Source: Chrysochromulina tobinii (Eukaryota). Taken from it: 33,946 bases of DNA. The stretch is taken from positions 1 to 33,946 of the forward strand of contig JWZX01003302.1 of NCBI GenBank assembly GCA_001275005.1, written 5' to 3'. Below are positions 22,522-32,340 of this stretch, in pieces (position 1 is the stretch's first letter; each line of letters starts with the position of its first letter). Both the position numbers and the translations under genes were made by a program. The notes below the pieces were generated by a model. The model was not told the origin of the DNA, did not search any database, and saw only the letters and a list, made by a program, of their open reading frames with translations.

Positions 22522-23710
22522 ATGCGCCATCAGGTTCAGATGGCAGTCCATTCACTTGCCATTTGCTCTAGCCTGTTGGCCATTCGCGAGCCCCAATGGC
22601 GCACCCAAAGCGCCGCACACGCCGATCGCATGCGCTCGCTACTCTCGCCCGGCTTCATCGACGAAGCAGAAACACGAAGGCGTGGCATCCACGCCGCCAC
22701 GCCCTTGGACGGCTGGCGAGCACTCGACCCGGAACATCCTGTGTACAATTTCCTGCTCGAGTACTACGCCCTCAAGGGCGCCAAGAGCATGCGGCGCCTT
22801 GGTCGCTGGTCTCCTGCGCTGAGCCATGGAGGCGTGCTGCTCGAGGGCGCTGGACAGACGGAGTTTGAGAACGGCTGCCTCTCGCCTCGCGGCGCCACCC
22901 TTGTGCCTGAAGGCGTCGTGTACGACGCGCGCGAATTCAAGCGCACGGCCACCCGCGAGCAGTGCGCGGCCTTCCTGTGGTATCGGGACGTGTTGGCGGC
23001 CACTAGCGAGGCGACGCCAACCTTGCACTGCTATGGCCTCCACGAGTGGGCGATGCAGTACTGGCCCGAGGGCTCTGCGCCGCCGCCGAGTGCCATATAC
23101 CAGTCGCATCTGCCGCTGCGGGTGAGCCGAGAGCAGATCAACGCTGCCGTCGAGCGCAGCGGCGTCTCATGCACACACGTGGATGCGCTTCGCTATTTTG
23201 CGCCTTCGGCCGCGCTGCTCAACAAGCACGGCGCACACCTCGTGCGTGCGCAGCAGCCGTTACTTGAGCAGCCCGCGTGCGTGCACGCGTCGATGGACCT
23301 GCTCAAGATGGCGCTCAAGCTCCACCCGTGGCTGCCGGCGGAGTTGGTCGGAGATTGCCTCGAGATTGCGATCGCGGCGCGCACGGCTCGATGTGAGCGC
23401 CTCGCCCTACGACCTGACGCGATATGACCTGGCGCCCGTGTGCATCGAGACCGAAACGGGCCGTCTTGAGTTCCGCCGAAGGCAGCTCGAGCTCATGGCG
23501 CGTGCACAGCCCGTGCGCGCACGGCTGCTGCTGGCGTATGACGCCTTCCTCGACGCAGGCTTCCCGGCGGAGGTTGTGGAGGCGGCCCTCGCAACACCGA
23601 ACGCGGTGCACGTAGCGACGGCGACGCCCGGCGGACCCGCGTGGCGGTGGAGCGATTTGGACGCGAGAGCGCACACGAGTCATATCACGAATGAACTTGG
23701 GTCAGAGTAA
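22522..23710 (+). CDS. Uncharacterised bacterial-type protein (resembles an actinobacterial family often labelled '3-methyladenine DNA glycosylase'); +1 frameshift at ~23383
   Basis: HPVYNFLLEYY, HCYGLHEWAMQY, CTHVDALRYF, EQPACVHASMDL. After skipping one base (GCG CGC A CGG CTC): RLDVSASPYDL...IETETGR.EF...Q. Confidence 0.75.
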
Positions 23711-24195
23711 CATTATACTTCCTGCCAGGTAAGCAAGCATGAAGCAAGCTAATTAAAGTCGAAACCACTTGTTGCAGCTAGCGCATAGCTTCTTGCGCGG
23801 TACTTCCGGCCATGATCGCGTAATCGGCTTGCCGTTGCTCGTGCTTGCTGCTTCGCCGTGCTTTTGCTTCAAAAAGGTCAGTTGAATCGACACTCTGCGG
23901 GCGCTGCGGGCGCTGCGGGCGTGCGGGGTGGGGTACACCGGTGACTTGTTTGGCTTGCAAGCACACCATCGGGGATGGGATCTGATGTCCGATGTAGCTT
24001 TCTTAGTAGCGGAAGTACCGGGAATCGGGGAAAAGTAAGAACCAACCCGGGGAATCTGTCTCGGTTTTCTCGCAAGCCAGCTCTGCCCTCTAGGGCGATC
24101 GCTCCTTGAGCTTGCGCCCAGGCCCCTGCGCCGGCAACTCGCTGCCTGGCGAGCGCCCCGCAAGCGCGTCAGCGTGCTCGAGCCAGCTCGCGACA

Positions 24196-25859
24196 ATGGC
24201 CGCGCAGCAATGGAAATGCCCTCCGCTTGACGGATGGGGTGTGCACCCTAGCGGCGAGGAGAGCAGCTTGATGGATGCCTCAGAGCCACCCAGCAGCAGC
24301 TCGTGCGACGGTACGTCGCGCAAACGGCAGGGAGACGAGCTTCTCGAGCAGCGATCGGATGGATCTCGCGCGAAGCACAACGACGACTGCTACCAGTCCT
24401 TCCCCACCTATCAGAACCTTAGCGCAGTGCAACGCGCGATCATAGCACGCATCATTGGAATGCTGGACACAACGCAGGACAGCGTCGTGATCAGCAACCC
24501 GCAGCAGCCGTGCTCGCCCATCGTCTACGTTACCAACGCGTGGCAGGATATGTGCGGGTACAGGATGAGCGAGGCTATTGGGCAGAACCCTCGTTGTACG
24601 CAGGGCGAGCATTCGGATAAGGACACTATTCGAGGCATGGGGGTTGCGCTGAGCAATCAGCAGGCGTGCCGCGTTCGCCTGATCAACTATCGTGGCGGCG
24701 CCAATCACGAGCCCTTCTGGAACTGCCTCTCGGTGCGCCCAATGCCCTTGTGCCCCCGCCGCCGCGTTGTCGCGGGCACACGATGTCAAGACGAAAATGG
24801 GTGTTGACGTCATCATGGGTGTAGACGTCATCATGGGCGTAGACGCCTCTTGGTCCCGGCCTCTTGTTCAGGACCTGCGCTGATCCTCCCTCCCGCTCCC
24901 CCCTCCCCAACGTCCAGGTACAACCCATCTTCTTCAAGGGCGAGCTAGTGCTCTTTGCGGCGCGTTTGCAGGACTATTCCCATCGCTTGACGCGCCTCGT
25001 CTCCCTCAAGCCGGCGCAATTCTGCAAGAGCGGCAGCTGCTTCCAGTATCGCGTGCGGCTGGGGAACCTGCGCAGTGCGCGCAGCCTGTCGCAGGCGCGT
25101 ATCGTCGATGTGACGGCACGCGACCTAGACAATGCCTCCGTCGGAATCTACGCCAGCGACACCGAGGAGATAGACGTCGCGGTGGGGGTTGGCGCGCCAG
25201 GGGGGGGCGTGCCTCCTCGGCACGTCAAACGGCTGGGCTTCGGCGGGCTGCAGCTCGAGCCCGAGTATCTGCTCGACCGGCTCCGGCACGAGTGCAACGA
25301 TCTCGGCTTTCCCGCCATCACGCAGGACGTCGAGGTCGCTGGCACAGAGGTCATGCGAATGGAGATCCGCGGTCCCGCGGTCTTCGGCGCTGCAGCGGGC
25401 GGCAGCTCAGCGGATGCGGGCGCTCCGTTGGGGGCGGCAGGCGCGGGCGGTATCAGCGGTATCAGCGGTATCAGCGGTGCGGCTGGTATGCGCGCCGTCG
25501 TGCACGTGATGCCTGAGGATGACGAGGGCACATACGCCATTAGCCTCATGCGGCTGCAGGGCGACACATTCGAGTTCCACAGCCTGTATCGCAAGCTTAG
25601 GGAGCGGCTCGGTGACGTGACGCAGATGCCGCCCGTGCCGCCGCTACGTGTGTCTGCTTCTGCGGCGGCTGGCCGCGGCGCGAGCGCAAGCTGCAGCGCG
25701 GCGGCGGGCCTGCCTTCCGAGATGCCGCCTGACGGCGCTCTCGCCGCAGCGCCCACAGGCGATTTGCTGATGAGCAGCAGCAGCAGCGGCAGTGGAGGCG
25801 GCATTTGCTCTGGAAGCTGCGGCAGCAGCATTTGCGGCGGCGATGTAAGCCCATGCTAA
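24196..25859 (+). CDS. Non-canonical LOV (PAS) domain + C-terminal KA1-like domain; exons 24196-24732 and 24918-25859
   Basis: SVVISNP...SPIVYV...W..MCGY...EAIGQNPRCTQG...LINYR...PFWNCLS|VQPI is a LOV pattern. YAISLMRLQGDTFEFHSLYRKLRERL resembles the KA1 C-terminus. Confidence 0.8.
24733..24917 (+). other. GT-AG intron (185 nt) containing an 18-bp tandem repeat
   Basis: TCG|GTGCGC...polypyrimidine tract...TCCAG|GTA; joins FWNCLS to VQPIF. Confidence 0.85.
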
Positions 25860-27237
25860 GAGACCGCATAAGACCTCTCGGCGCGCGCTGCTGTCGTCTC
25901 GCGTGGCGTCTACCTGGAGTTTCGATTCGGGCACAAGGGCAGTGCGGATGTGATGTGACAGCGTACGGCGCCATTAACCAGCCGGCCGCAACTATAGAAT
26001 AACTCCCCTGCGGGCTACCTGCGGCCTGAGCAAAGCATTGGGGCAGATGCGAGGCGGCGCGCCCCTCTTTGGGGCAGATCCATGTTTTCCATCATTTGAG
26101 TGGCAGCGCCGGCGTATCTCGTACGGCGGTCGCGGGATGCATATCGGAGTGTGCGGGTGTGATAGACATACCATAAATGGTAAAATTAGTGCCGTGCTGA
26201 TGTGGCCCTTGTCGAGCTGCACACATCCCCGGATCAGATCGCCTGATCGCCGTCAGGATCCGAATTTGATGCCAGGTCTCACTGAGAACACCGGTCAGAT
26301 CACGGTCACGCGGTGACACGTCGGCACGTCCCGGGGCTCCCGCTGGCCGGCCGCGCGCGAGCGGTCAGTGGAGCGGGGCGGCCGGGTCCGACCGCGACAT
26401 CATCCGGGTCCGACCGGACGGCGACCGGACCGACCGGCGACCGACGCTCGACCTCGAGTTCGCTCGAGCCTCGAGGGTCGAGGCTCCACTGGGGACCGCG
26501 GCGCGATATCCGCGGCGTTATCCGATACATTCGAACCGCGAACCGAGCGGTCAGCGGAGCCACGACTCGACCGTAAGTACAACCACGCGGGTGCAAGCAA
26601 TAAACCTCCTAGTAGGCCTGCCGCAACCCGCGCGAACCAGCACGGGGCTCAGCCTACTTTCATCAAGCACTCAGGAAGGCTCAACCCTCAAGCCGCGCGC
26701 GGGCGTCAAGGGTTTTAAACTTTTTAAGCGCCAAGATCCCTCATCCCATAAAGATCGCATATCGTAAGCGGTACGGCGGCGAAAGCGAAGGGCTTTAAGA
26801 CGGGCGGTCCTGGTCGCTGGTGCGCGTCATGGCGTGCGGCGTGCCGGGTGCGGCCGGTGTGCGCTGTGGCGGACGGTCGGAAAGCGTCGTCGTTCGAAAA
26901 TATTTATATTTAACGCTTTAGGGGGCGGGCGCGTAGCTTCGCCAAGCGCAGCTCGGCCCAGAGGCACGCCGAGGCACCAGGAGCAGGACGGTCACCTTCG
27001 GTCACGCAGGGAAGACGCCCGCATCCGGTCCCAGGGGCGTGCCACGCGGCAGCGACGGCCGACGCGGCACGCGCGAGCGGTGGGCGCATCGGAAGACGTA
27101 ACGGCGCGGCCAAGGGCGAATGGACGGCGCGGCCCACTCCACTCCACGGCGCGCTCAGGACGGCGCGTGTGCGGCGGGCGCTCAGGACGGCGCGGCCCAC
27201 TCCACTCCACGGCAGCCCACTACCACAGCATGGCTCT

Positions 27238-27457
27238 ACCGAGCGAGATCTATGAGCTCACCGAGCGAGATCTATGAGCTCACCGAGCGAGATCTATGAG
27301 CTCACCGAGCGAGATCTATGAGCTCACCGCACGAGATCTATGAGCTCACCGAGCGAGATCTATGAGCTCACCGCACGAGATCTATGAGCTCACCGAGCGA
27401 GATCTATGAGCTCACCGAGCGAGATCTATGAGCTCACCGAGCGAGATCTATGAGCTC
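27238..27457. repeat. Minisatellite, 10 x 22 bp (ACCGAGCGAGATCTATGAGCTC)
   Basis: Counted directly: 220 bp; copies 5 and 7 read ACCGCACG...; no spacers. Confidence 0.97.
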
Positions 27458-29101
27458 GGGGTCGAACTCATGCGGTCCTCCATGCCGATCGGTCAGCGGG
27501 CAGCCCGGGAAGCCGCAAAGGCCCTCCATGGCCCAGAGGCGCCACGTGCGCAGCGCGTCAGGCGTCTCCCACCACGCGTTGAGGCGTACATGCACACGCC
27601 GGTAGTGCGGTGCCGGCGCGCCGTGGTGGGCGCCACCTGGCGAGGCACACGGCGCGCACAAGGCCGACGTTGCTTTGGCCGTTGGCGCTTTGGACGCGGG
27701 TGCCTTTGGTGCCGAGGCCTTGGGTGACGACATCGTGGGCGCGACGGCCTTAGTGACTGCCGAGACGGCCATCCCGCCGCGAAAGACGGCCGCCACAGGC
27801 TTGGGTGCTGATACCGGTGCGCTGGCACTGGCACTGGCGCTGCTGCTGCCCGCCACGTCCTCAGAGCTCCGCGCGGCGGCGGGCGCGGGCGCCTTGGGTA
27901 CGGCGGCCTTGGGCTTGACCCCCCCCTTGGGGTTGTTGGGCGCGTGCTTGGAGAGGGGCGACGAGATAGCCTGCTGTGCCCGTTGCAGCGCCTCGAGCGT
28001 GGAGCATCCCTCTTCGATCGCAAGACGGTAGGCTTGTGCGTAGACCTCACGCTTGTCCTCCAGGCTCTCCGGGCTGCCCAGCGGGCTGTCCGCCTCCGCG
28101 GGCAGGCCATCGTCGGCGTCCATGGAGCTGCCAGAGTAACTGCCAGCGGCGTGGGCGCTGCTCGCGCCGCCGTGGGCGCTGTTCGCGCCGCCGTGGGCGC
28201 TGCTCGCGCCGCCGTGGGCGCTGCTCGCGCCGTCGCCGCCGCCGTCGTACACGGCGACCGAGAGCGACTTGCGCTTCGCCGCAGAAGCACTCGCCGCCGA
28301 ACTCGCTGCGCCGACGGCTGGCGCGCGCGCCGGCGCTTGCTTGGACGAGGGCGCCCTCGCGGGCGGCGGGGCCATCACCTGGGCGCCGCCGTGGGCACCG
28401 GCGCTGCCGTGGGCACCGGCGCTGCTCTTGCTCCTGCTGACGCTGCTGCTGCTGGAGGCGTCCGCCCGGTGCTTGGTGGAATGAGCGAGCTGCGGCACCG
28501 AATGGTCGATCTCAAACTTTGTGGGCGCGCACTTTTGCCGCTTCGGCGTCGGTAGAAGGGTAATCGCCTCATCGAAGCCGTGCTCTCCGGCATGCTTCTC
28601 TATGTAGACACATCCAGGGAAAGAGCACTGGCCGATCTCTTTGGTCTCCTCTCCGAGCACGCTACCGCTCGCGGCCTTCGCGAGCATCGCCTCCTCCTCG
28701 GCCGACATCCAGTAGGCGACCAACCGCAGAAAGACGCGCTGGAAATTGGCAGGCGGCGGCTGCTCCGGCAGCTCCGGCTCAGATGCGGGCACAGGCTTAG
28801 GAACGGCCTTGGGCACGGCTTTGGGCACGGCTTTGGGCACGAGCTTGGGTGGCTTCGGGGAGGGCAACTCAGCCCCGCGAACCTTGCCGCATATGTGGGC
28901 CCGGTGGGCTCCTTTGCACGCTCTGCAGTCGTTGCCTCCTAAAAAGTCCCCCACCAGTCGCGCTGGAGCCGCCTGTTGAAGCGCTTGCGCTGCTGTTAAC
29001 GCCTCCTCTTCCGAGAGACCGTCGTTGAGGGCCTTGTCGTAAGCTTGCGCCGGCGCCGAGAGCAATGCCGATGGCACAAATGCCGCCCCCGCTAGCGGCA
29101 T
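27434..29101 (-). CDS. Hypothetical protein with duplicated C-x-FPGC-x5-H-x-G-x-H zinc-finger-like modules and low-complexity linkers
   Basis: CSFPGCVYIEKHAGEHGFD and CGFPGCPLTDRHGGPHEFD; CRACKGAHRAHIC; PKAV and SSAHGGA repeats; basic NLS-like stretches. First ATG at 29101. Confidence 0.7.
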   Translation of the reverse strand: MPLAGAAFVPSALLSAPAQAYDKALNDGLSEEEALTAAQALQQAAPARLVGDFLGGNDCRACKGAHRAHICGKVRGAELPSPKPPKLVPKAVPKAVPKAVPKPVPASEPELPEQPPPANFQRVFLRLVAYWMSAEEEAMLAKAASGSVLGEETKEIGQCSFPGCVYIEKHAGEHGFDEAITLLPTPKRQKCAPTKFEIDHSVPQLAHSTKHRADASSSSSVSRSKSSAGAHGSAGAHGGAQVMAPPPARAPSSKQAPARAPAVGAASSAASASAAKRKSLSVAVYDGGGDGASSAHGGASSAHGGANSAHGGASSAHAAGSYSGSSMDADDGLPAEADSPLGSPESLEDKREVYAQAYRLAIEEGCSTLEALQRAQQAISSPLSKHAPNNPKGGVKPKAAVPKAPAPAAARSSEDVAGSSSASASASAPVSAPKPVAAVFRGGMAVSAVTKAVAPTMSSPKASAPKAPASKAPTAKATSALCAPCASPGGAHHGAPAPHYRRVHVRLNAWWETPDALRTWRLWAMEGLCGFPGCPLTDRHGGPHEFDPELIDLAR

Positions 29102-29315
29102 GGCCTGGAAAGGCCCCGTGTCGAGAATCGTCAAGAGGGCGTCTCCTCGCGAGCGCCGCTTTCGATCCAATTGCGGGTCAAAAGCTAGGACGAGACGATC
29201 AGATAAAAACTCACGCACCAAATCTCAACCGTCAACTGCAGACTTGTGGGGAATTGAAAGGTTGGATTCTTTGCGGACTCAGCAAAAAAGGGGGTGGTGC
29301 AACGTGGATAACGTG

Positions 29316-31145
29316 ATGGCGACCCTCCGGCCTCTGCTGCTCTTCGGGCTGCTGCCTTTGGCATCGACGGCGCTCACTGCACAGGAAGTGGCCGAGTGCA
29401 ACGCGCAGGTCGACCTTTTCGACTTCGAGATGAACGGCGGCGTCTTCGTGGAGCTCCTATTATTTCCATACGTGATCGTCGTCATGCATGTCCTTATTGA
29501 GGAGTGGTATGTGCCTGCTCTCGAGCTAGTAACTTCTCCCGACTTTCTCGACGTGCCACGGCCCCTCATCGGCTGCACCATCATGGCGGCCGGCAATTGC
29601 CTGCCCGAGCTCTCCATGTCGCTCGCGGCCGTGCTGCTGAGTGATTCGCAGGACATTGGCACGGGTGAGGTGTTTGGCAGCTGCGTCTTCGACTTGCTCG
29701 CAATCCTTGGGGTCCTCGGGATCCTCGCGCCAGAAGGCGACGGCATCCGCCTCGCGCCGCCGCTGGTGCTCTACTTTTGTGCCTGGGCCGCGATCGGCAC
29801 CGCGGCGGACGCAAGTCTCTTTTTCGCAGATCTAGAGACGATGTGGTCGGCGAGCCTCGTGATGCTTGCGCTCTACCTGTGCTTCATCGGCGGCGCCTTC
29901 GTGTGCTGGCGCCTCATTCCCGGCTTTGTGGGCGAAGACGAGGTCGCCTCGCGACTCTCCCCTGCCCCGAAAGTGCTCACCTTGACCGCTGAGGCAACGT
30001 GCGCGCCCGGTGCGCGGGGTCTCGTCACGCCAACGGCCATCACGGCTGTGCGTTCGGCGCAGCGGCTCGACCAGCGCATCGACGTGACCGGGAGGGCGGA
30101 GGCGCTCCATCCGACGCTGGTAGGCATGGCCAATGACGCGGCGGTGGCAGATGCGGCCGACGCGATGGAGGCGGCCGTCGCTCAGAGGCGATCTCCCTCG
30201 GGGAGATCTCCCTTGGGTAGCTCGTACGCCTTCGCTGCGGCAGGCGCTGCCGCGCCTTCTGCTGCTGCCGTCCGCGCGGCCAGCGGTAGCTGTGCTAACT
30301 CCGATGGCGTTGCCGCCGCCCCTCGCGAGACGACGCCACTCCTGCGCCCGGCCGCTCCATGTCGCGGCACACAAGTGGCAGTGGTGGGCTCAGCGGTGGT
30401 GGGCTCAGCGGTGGTGGGAGGCTCGGCTGGGACGGGCCTTGCCGCCGCGTCCGAGTGGTACCCCGCAGCGGCCGCTCGCGCGCCGCTCGACGGCCTCAAA
30501 GGTGTCAAGGGACGCAGGGAGGCGATCGCTAGCCGCGAGAGCACGCCACGGCGGCATAGCTGGAGCATCTTCGATGCGCTCGCGACGGCGCCACGCTGGC
30601 TCTTCGGATGCATCATCCCGGATGCACACGCACCTATGGCGCTGCTGGGCGGCCGGCGGCCGTGGGGCTTGACTCTCGTCCTATCCATCAGCTACACTCT
30701 GCTGCTCTCGTATGTGATGGTCCAGATCGCTACGCGCGCCATCTGCCTGCTCGGAGTGCGCAAGAATGCGCTCGGCGCGAGCGTGCTCACCCTCGCGGCT
30801 GGCTGCCCCGACCTGATCACCGCGATGGTGATCGCGCGCCGTCCCGGTATGCTCACCATGGCGGCCGCCAACCCGTTTGGCGCCTTCGCCTTCAACGCGT
30901 TCGCGGCGCTCGGCCTGCCCTGGGCCATCTTGGGCACGTACGCCGACATCTTCCCGCCCGCGCGCGGGACGTGGTACCCATCGCTCATCGGCTTTTGCGC
31001 GATCGCCCTCGCGCTGCTAGCCATCTTCGCCAACCAGCTCCGCCTCACGCGCGCGCTCGGCGTCTACCTGCTCATCTTATACGCGCTCTACCTCGCGATC
31101 ATCATCAACGACAGCGCGATGCGCCCGGCGCGGCCGCCAGCGTGA
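29316..31145 (+). CDS. Ca2+/cation antiporter, NCKX-like (CaCA superfamily)
   Basis: Signal peptide; alpha-1 GCTIMAAGNCLPEL...GTGEVFGSCVFD; long central loop; alpha-2 GASVLTLAAGCPDL...FGAFAFN; multiple TM segments. Confidence 0.85.
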   Translation: MATLRPLLLFGLLPLASTALTAQEVAECNAQVDLFDFEMNGGVFVELLLFPYVIVVMHVLIEEWYVPALELVTSPDFLDVPRPLIGCTIMAAGNCLPELSMSLAAVLLSDSQDIGTGEVFGSCVFDLLAILGVLGILAPEGDGIRLAPPLVLYFCAWAAIGTAADASLFFADLETMWSASLVMLALYLCFIGGAFVCWRLIPGFVGEDEVASRLSPAPKVLTLTAEATCAPGARGLVTPTAITAVRSAQRLDQRIDVTGRAEALHPTLVGMANDAAVADAADAMEAAVAQRRSPSGRSPLGSSYAFAAAGAAAPSAAAVRAASGSCANSDGVAAAPRETTPLLRPAAPCRGTQVAVVGSAVVGSAVVGGSAGTGLAAASEWYPAAAARAPLDGLKGVKGRREAIASRESTPRRHSWSIFDALATAPRWLFGCIIPDAHAPMALLGGRRPWGLTLVLSISYTLLLSYVMVQIATRAICLLGVRKNALGASVLTLAAGCPDLITAMVIARRPGMLTMAAANPFGAFAFNAFAALGLPWAILGTYADIFPPARGTWYPSLIGFCAIALALLAIFANQLRLTRALGVYLLILYALYLAIIINDSAMRPARPPA

Positions 31146-31536
31146 GCACAGGACTTAAAAAGTAGTAAGTTAGTAAAATCCGCCAACAGGCAGCGTACAC
31201 GTGGCGGAGGGGTGTACAAGGCGAGGCGGACGGGTCGGAACGGAACTCTCAAGAAAATGACGTGCAGGTAAGATTCTAAAGAACCCCGGGAACGTACCGT
31301 ACGGTAACGTAACGCTGCTGTAGTTTCTACTTAAGTACTTTCTACTGTTATGTACATATAGTAGCCACGACCACCAACGCGTGAAAAGAATCGAGCACCA
31401 AAACGTAGGACGGGGGCTCAAACACTTGGCAGGGGTTTCCAAAGAGGGCAACTTGTTCTTGAAAGTTTGATGTTCGCCCATTTGCTCCCGACGCCGCGAG
31501 TCTGAGACGGCCACTCCGACCTTGGTCTCTGTAAGC

Positions 31537-32340
31537 ATGGACATCCCGAAGGGATCGATGACAAATAGACTCGTGAAAGGCGAGGCCCACGCAGGAGCAT
31601 TGTTCGATGCCTTAGCCACCGACGATGAGGAGATGCTCACCTTCAAGCCAAGGCCACAAAAGCATCTCCGACACTCGGCGCTAGCACCAGCTTCGCTCAA
31701 GGTTTCAGACCCGACAGCAGGCGGGGCGTTGCGCCGCTCGGAGCTCATGCCGGGATCCCCAGTAGGGCGCTCCATTACGACGATGGAAAATGCCAACGTC
31801 GAGGCGATCATCTGCGCCATCGGCACCGTCATACATGCGTACATAAAGGACCACGCATCTGCAGCTCAGAGCCGTTGGCAACTCTCTCAAAGCGTGTTCG
31901 ACGAGGATACGAATCCGCTTGATGCGAGCCGGCAGTGGCGCTTCATGCCCAAGCAGCAGACGGTCGAGGCCTTCGTGCGCACAGTGCAGCTCTCTCTCGA
32001 GCTTGATGATGCAAGCCTCGTCACCTCTCTCATCCTCCTCGAACGCGCCATGGGCGATGAGGGTCTCACGCTGTGCGCGCGCACATGGCGACCCGCCTTG
32101 CTCATGGCCATCGTCATCGCGTCGAAGGTCGTCTACGATGAGAAGGTGTACCTCGCGGACTACCGCGACATGCTGCCTGAGTTCTGCCTGGACGCGGCAT
32201 CCGCGCAGGAGCTCGAGCTCCTCAAGCTCGTGAACTACAACACGACGGTCCGGCGCGGCCAATATGCGAGATACTATTATGCCCTAGAAGACGTGGCGCG
32301 CAACCAGTCCTCAAACCAGATTTTCGCCGCACGATCGTAG
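31537..32340 (+). CDS. Cyclin Y-like protein
   Basis: SLILLER, TWRPALL.AIVIASKVVYDE, ELELLKLVNYN..V....YARYYY.L. Confidence 0.82.
   Translation: MDIPKGSMTNRLVKGEAHAGALFDALATDDEEMLTFKPRPQKHLRHSALAPASLKVSDPTAGGALRRSELMPGSPVGRSITTMENANVEAIICAIGTVIHAYIKDHASAAQSRWQLSQSVFDEDTNPLDASRQWRFMPKQQTVEAFVRTVQLSLELDDASLVTSLILLERAMGDEGLTLCARTWRPALLMAIVIASKVVYDEKVYLADYRDMLPEFCLDAASAQELELLKLVNYNTTVRRGQYARYYYALEDVARNQSSNQIFAARS

Noticed and set aside
27238..27457. CRISPR array
   Set aside because: Units are contiguous with no unique spacers, there are no cas genes, and the context is eukaryotic.
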